Made by a program: the position numbers and the translations under genes. DNA of 64,000 nucleotides from an uncultured SAR86 cluster bacterium (lineage in GTDB: Bacteria > Pseudomonadota > Gammaproteobacteria > Magnimaribacterales > AG-339-G14). The stretch spans positions 74,009 through 138,008 of the forward strand of contig CACELJ010000001.1 in the NCBI GenBank assembly GCA_902560275.1, in the 5' to 3' direction. The notes beneath the pieces are model-generated. The model was not told the origin of the DNA, made no database searches, and was given only the letters and a program-made list of their open reading frames with translations. This document shows positions 59,858 to 64,000 of the stretch, piece by piece (positions within the stretch are counted from its first letter, which is position 1; every line of letters starts with the position of its first letter).

Positions 59858-61198
59858 TTATTTGTTAAAAACTAACCTCTCGCTAGATCTTCTTTCTGGA
59901 TGAAGCTCTCCATCTTCAAGCAAAACATTACCATTCACTATAGTTGAGTTAACTTTTGAACTTAATTCCCAACCTTCAAAAGGAGTCCATCCGCATTTAG
60001 ATTTTTGTTCTTCATTTGTAACTGTATGTTTTATTCCAGTTTCAAAAACGACCAAATCTGCAAAATATCCTTCCCTTACATACCCTCTATCGATAATTTT
60101 AAATCTATCGGCTGTGTTATGAGATGCAAATTTAATTACCTCTTCAATTGTAAAAATACCTTTATTAGCTAATTCCAGCATTAGTTGAAAACTATGTTGA
60201 ATTAAGGGAATTCCAGCAGGAGCTTCTGAATAAGGTAAAGATTTTTCATCTCTGGTGTGTGGTGCATGATCTGTTGCAATAATATCAATTTGATTATTCT
60301 TTAATGCCTGTCTCAATGCTTCTCTGTTGTTAGGAGCCTTAATTGAAGGATTACATTTGATGAAATTTCCCCATTCTTCATAATCATCAGAAGTAAAAAT
60401 AAGATGATGAATACAAGCTTCTGTCGTAATCTTTTTATCTTTGGTTGGTTTAGCTTCAAAGAGTTCAATCTCTCTCTCAGTAGTCAGATGAAGGACGTGT
60501 AAATCCGCTGAGTATTTTTTAGCCAAACTTGTTGCTTTTTCAGAGGATATATAACAAGCCAACTCATCTCTGATAAGAGCATGATCTGGAGGAGATAATT
60601 TACCCTTACGCTGAGCTGATATTTTTTCTAGATTATTTTCTATCGTTTTATTATCCTCACAATGAGTGACAATCAATATAGGTGACTCTTTGAAAATTAA
60701 ATCTAGCGCATCATCATCATTAACTAATAAATCACCTGTTGATGACCCCATAAAAATTTTTAGTCCACAAATATCTTTTGGGTTAGCTTTTTTTATTTCA
60801 TCAATGTTATCCGGTGTAGCTCCTAGATAAAAAGAGTAATTTGTCCAACTTTTTTCTTTAGCTAATTGAAACCTTTCCTCTAATAAATCTAAAGTAGTGC
60901 TTGCTGGAGATACATTTGGCATATCCATGGTCGAAGTGATACCACCGTAAAGCGCTGCTAATGATTCAGTTTTAATTTCACCTTTTTGAGTTAATCCTGG
61001 CTCTCTAAAATGTACTTGGTCGTCAATTACTCCGGGCGCAACATTTTTCCCATTAATATCAATTTCTTTTTTAGCTTTTTCGGTAATCGAGGAAGAAATT
61101 TTTTCTATTCTTTTATCTTTAATAGCAATATCAACTTGTGATATTGAATTCTCATTAATTAAGTTACAGTTTCTAAGGACTAGGTCAAAGTTAGGCAT
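59858..61198 (-). CDS. pyrC: Dihydroorotase (long, class I type)
   Basis: 446 aa. The motif DDQVHFREPG is the variant of DxHxH that I recall from Bacteroidetes-type enzymes. Also present are MPN..P, the carbamylated Lys region GLKIFMG, HCED, VLHLTT and ATDHAPH. Confidence 0.75.
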   Translation of the reverse strand: MPNFDLVLRNCNLINENSISQVDIAIKDKRIEKISSSITEKAKKEIDINGKNVAPGVIDDQVHFREPGLTQKGEIKTESLAALYGGITSTMDMPNVSPASTTLDLLEERFQLAKEKSWTNYSFYLGATPDNIDEIKKANPKDICGLKIFMGSSTGDLLVNDDDALDLIFKESPILIVTHCEDNKTIENNLEKISAQRKGKLSPPDHALIRDELACYISSEKATSLAKKYSADLHVLHLTTEREIELFEAKPTKDKKITTEACIHHLIFTSDDYEEWGNFIKCNPSIKAPNNREALRQALKNNQIDIIATDHAPHTRDEKSLPYSEAPAGIPLIQHSFQLMLELANKGIFTIEEVIKFASHNTADRFKIIDRGYVREGYFADLVVFETGIKHTVTNEEQKSKCGWTPFEGWELSSKVNSTIVNGNVLLEDGELHPERRSSERLVFNK

Positions 61199-61200
61199 GG

Positions 61201-61425
61201 TTAGATTTTACGAACAATAATACAACCATAGTTTATCCCAGAACCTACCTCAAAAGTACAATCTATATCTTCAAGAACATCTTTTACTATGGATATCATC
61301 TTTTGGCTGTTACCACAGATTATTAGGATGGGCATATTCTCTTGGTTAAGATATAAAAAATTTTCAACCTTTAAAGGAACTTCATGGTGACGAAACCCAT
61401 GCAGATCTAATTTTAGATTAGTCAT
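61201..61425 (-). CDS. Small Smr-like domain protein
   Basis: 74 aa with an LDLHG motif at the N-terminus and a degenerate second motif (IICGNS in place of HGKG). It overlaps the upstream gene by 8 nt. Confidence 0.4.
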   Translation of the reverse strand: MTNLKLDLHGFRHHEVPLKVENFLYLNQENMPILIICGNSQKMISIVKDVLEDIDCTFEVGSGINYGCIIVRKI

Positions 61426-62137
61426 CTTTTTTAAATATTGAAATCTCTATTCCGTCTGGCTGAGTCTTTGAATATTCTCTCTTTGTAGGTACAAATTTAC
61501 TCTTAAAAACTGATGAATCTCTAACATAAGATAAATAATCTTCCATATTGAATAAAACAACATTGTCGGCAAATATTACAGCCTCATCATTAAGCAATTC
61601 CAAGCATTGTAACGCTCTTAAGTCGGATAAATATTCATCCTTCCAATGATCTAAAAATACAAAATCGTATTTTTCTTTTAAGTGAGGAATAACATTTTTT
61701 GCCTTGCCCTTTAATGGTTTCCATTGATCGCTGAGGCCAGAATGAGAAACAATTTCTTGAGATATTTCATAGTATTTATTACTAGCCTCTATCGAAGTTA
61801 GCATCGAGTTTTCTTTAAGATTTCTTAAAATCCTGATAGACGAATATCCTAAGTAGACTCCCAGTTCCAAACAATTGTTAGGTTTTTTTTCTTTAATTGC
61901 ATTTTCAAGTAGAAGACCCTTTTCATCACCAATATTCATCAAAAAAGCTCTATTCCATCCAAAATGATCTATCGTATCTAAAATAGCTTGCGGATTATTT
62001 TTATTATCTTTAACTAAAACAAGGTCTTTAACGGTATCAACCTTGAATTTTTTTACACCAAAATATGAAACTAGATAATCAAAGATTTCATTCAATACAA
62101 TTTTAGCTAGATCAAGTAATCGATTTAGATTTTTCAT
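61418..62137 (-). CDS. Catechol-O-methyltransferase-like class I SAM-dependent O-methyltransferase
   Basis: 239 aa. LELGVYLGYSSIRIL and FVFLDHWKD..Y resemble animal/bacterial COMT (VLELGAYCGYS ... DHWKD). Confidence 0.7.
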   Translation of the reverse strand: MKNLNRLLDLAKIVLNEIFDYLVSYFGVKKFKVDTVKDLVLVKDNKNNPQAILDTIDHFGWNRAFLMNIGDEKGLLLENAIKEKKPNNCLELGVYLGYSSIRILRNLKENSMLTSIEASNKYYEISQEIVSHSGLSDQWKPLKGKAKNVIPHLKEKYDFVFLDHWKDEYLSDLRALQCLELLNDEAVIFADNVVLFNMEDYLSYVRDSSVFKSKFVPTKREYSKTQPDGIEISIFKKDD

Positions 62138-62200
62138 GGAATAAAGATTTAATTAAAAATTATAGTTAGTGAGTCTATAATAGCCACCCTGTTGGTGTTT

Positions 62201-64000
62201 ATGAAGATTAAAATTTTACTAGTTTTTTTGAGTCTACTTTTGTCCTTTGAGATCATTGCAGATGAATCAGAAGATGGTTCAAATGAAGAGGAAGCTAAAG
62301 AAGAGTCAAAAAAAGACGACAGAGAACTCATCTCAGAATTTGTTGAAGAATTTATTTTTTATGAAGGCTTGCTAAAAAGCTATCAAGACCCAGAAAATGG
62401 AAATACTTACTTAGAATTGAGTGATGAAGATATCTCAAAAGAATTTATTTATTTTGCTCATATTATCAATGGGACCGTCGAAGCAGGACTGTTCAAAGGG
62501 AGTCATATAGATCAAGCAGTTATTAAATTTGAAAAGCAATTTAATAGCTTAAATCTTATAAGAGTGAATACGGGATTTTATTTTGATCCTAATTCAGAAC
62601 TTAGTAGGCAATCTCAATCTAATATAAGCGATTCAGTTATTGAAAATTTTGAGATTACTCACAAAAATGATGATGAAACTACTTATCTTATTGATATCAC
62701 TAAATTATTGAAAAGTGATAATTTAACCAAGTTAAAATCTGAACCAAGAGATTATGATTCAGATAGCTTTCAGGTTGGATCCTTGTCAAGATCTAAGACC
62801 GCTATTTCCAAAATTTACAATTATCCAAAAAATACCGATTTTGAAGTTGATTATGTTTTTTCAAATCCTGCAAGCTATGAATCACTGAGAAATACATCGG
62901 TGAAATTAAGATATACATTTCTTGAAATGCCTCAAGATAATGGGTTTGAAATACGTTTCGAGGATCCGAGAATAGGTTATTTTACAGACAGAGTAACAGA
63001 TTTAAGTTCCACAGAAATTACTCCTTATAGAGACTTGGTTCAGAAATGGAACCTTCAAAAACAAAATCCTGATTCTGCTAAATCAAAACCAATCAAACCT
63101 ATAAAATTTTGGTTGGAAAATACCACTCCTAATGAATTAAGACCTCTGATAAAAAAAGCTGTACTCGCGTGGAACATAGCTTTTGAAAAAGCTGGTTTTA
63201 TTGATGCAATCGAAGTAGATATTCAACCAGATGATGCTGATTGGGATGCAGGTGATATCAGATATAACGTATTAAGGTGGACTTCATCTCCCAATCCACC
63301 GTTTGGGGGTTACGGGCCTAGTTTTTCTAATCCTAGAACTGGAGAAATTTTATCTGCGGATATTATGTTGGAATGGATTTTTCTAACCAATAGAATGAGA
63401 TACGAAGATATATTTATATCTTCTGAAATTTCATCTGAACGATGTAATTTCTCATCCATGAGAAACGAACAAAGAATTTTTGGTAATTTGGTTGCTAATT
63501 CAATGAACTTCTCACTTGAAGATACCGATAAGTTATTTGAAGAAGAATTAACTATGTTAATACTTCATGAGGTTGGCCATACTCTCGGACTTAACCATAA
63601 TATGGGAGCAACGACTCTGCACAACAATGAAGATGTTCATAATCCAGAAATAACTTATGAAGAAGGACTATCTGCCTCAGTTATGGATTATCATGCAATC
63701 AACATTGCACCTCCAGGCGTCGAACAAGGACAGTTTTCTGATATAAAACCTGGTCTTTACGACCAATGGGCAATCGAGTTTGCTTATACCCCAAATTTAT
63801 CCGAAGAAGAAATACAGAACATATTAAACAGGTCGCAAGAGAAAGGTCATTTTTTTGGCAATGATGCTGACGATATGAGATCACCTGGCAGAGGAATTGA
63901 TCCAAGAGTAAATATAGGTGATATGAGTGATGATCCAGTTGAATATGCTATCGGTAGATACAAGCTTGTTCAGGAAATAATGCCAGGAATAGTAGAAAAA
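62201..64000 (+). CDS. Secreted zinc metalloprotease (met-zincin, DUF4953/DUF5117-like), N-terminal 600 aa; continues beyond the window
   Basis: The frame is open from the ATG at 62201 to the window end (exactly 600 codons). It has a signal peptide MKIKILLVFLSLLLSF and the zincin motif HEVGHTLGLNHN, followed by SVMDY. It is not in the ORF track because no stop codon lies in the window. Confidence 0.75.
   Translation, partial: MKIKILLVFLSLLLSFEIIADESEDGSNEEEAKEESKKDDRELISEFVEEFIFYEGLLKSYQDPENGNTYLELSDEDISKEFIYFAHIINGTVEAGLFKGSHIDQAVIKFEKQFNSLNLIRVNTGFYFDPNSELSRQSQSNISDSVIENFEITHKNDDETTYLIDITKLLKSDNLTKLKSEPRDYDSDSFQVGSLSRSKTAISKIYNYPKNTDFEVDYVFSNPASYESLRNTSVKLRYTFLEMPQDNGFEIRFEDPRIGYFTDRVTDLSSTEITPYRDLVQKWNLQKQNPDSAKSKPIKPIKFWLENTTPNELRPLIKKAVLAWNIAFEKAGFIDAIEVDIQPDDADWDAGDIRYNVLRWTSSPNPPFGGYGPSFSNPRTGEILSADIMLEWIFLTNRMRYEDIFISSEISSERCNFSSMRNEQRIFGNLVANSMNFSLEDTDKLFEEELTMLILHEVGHTLGLNHNMGATTLHNNEDVHNPEITYEEGLSASVMDYHAINIAPPGVEQGQFSDIKPGLYDQWAIEFAYTPNLSEEEIQNILNRSQEKGHFFGNDADDMRSPGRGIDPRVNIGDMSDDPVEYAIGRYKLVQEIMPGIVEK

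Noticed and set aside
59858-61198. Calling the dihydroorotase homologue an inactive PyrC-prime-type subunit because the first His of the HxH motif is Gln (DDQVHF)
   Set aside because: The remaining metal and catalytic positions appear intact: the carbamylated-Lys region GLKIFMG, HCED, LHLTT and TDHAPH. I recall the DQVH variant from active long-type dihydroorotases. The evidence is insufficient to call it non-catalytic.
62149-62331. 60-aa minus-strand ORF, and the 63699..63905 minus-strand ORF
   Set aside because: Both are antisense to the long open frame (62201 to the window end) that encodes a signal peptide and an HEVGHTLGLNHN zincin motif.

Overview
This is a 64 kb, very AT-rich, tightly packed chromosomal window from a Gram-negative bacterium. 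The synteny looks gammaproteobacterial: nqrA-gap...mfd, msbA-lpxK-kdsB-murB, ftsK-lolA-serS and etfBA next to ETF-QO. The low GC, the many start/stop overlaps and a large TonB-dependent receptor with a carboxypeptidase-regulatory-like N-terminus suggest a streamlined marine lineage such as SAR86, but that is inference only. I support about 60 CDS, one tRNA-Ser(UGA), three intrinsic terminators, one frameshifted gene and one candidate structured RNA. Content is mostly housekeeping: envelope biogenesis, tRNA synthetases, DNA repair and segregation, fatty-acid/ETF redox metabolism. There are also several small catabolic or salvage modules (nucleoside/riboside, aromatic, aldehyde). I saw no rRNA, CRISPR array, transposase, integrase, phage gene, toxin-antitoxin pair or recognisable defence system, so I do not claim a novel system here. 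The observations most worth a second look are: (1) a GC-rich, multi-hairpin RNA-like element plus terminator that ends 11 nt before the trpS start codon; (2) a single 923-aa ORF fusing MsbA to LpxK; (3) an 8-gene co-directional cluster led by an ADP-ribosylglycohydrolase-family gene and a ribokinase, resembling E. coli yegTUV; (4) a NupC / 2OG-Fe(II) oxygenase / PfkB kinase module whose divergent start codons are 1 nt apart; (5) an adjacent acyl-CoA dehydrogenase pair in which one member seems to lack a catalytic base; (6) a crotonase gene broken at a G8 homopolymer. All functional calls come from by-eye motif and family recognition, and no database search was possible.
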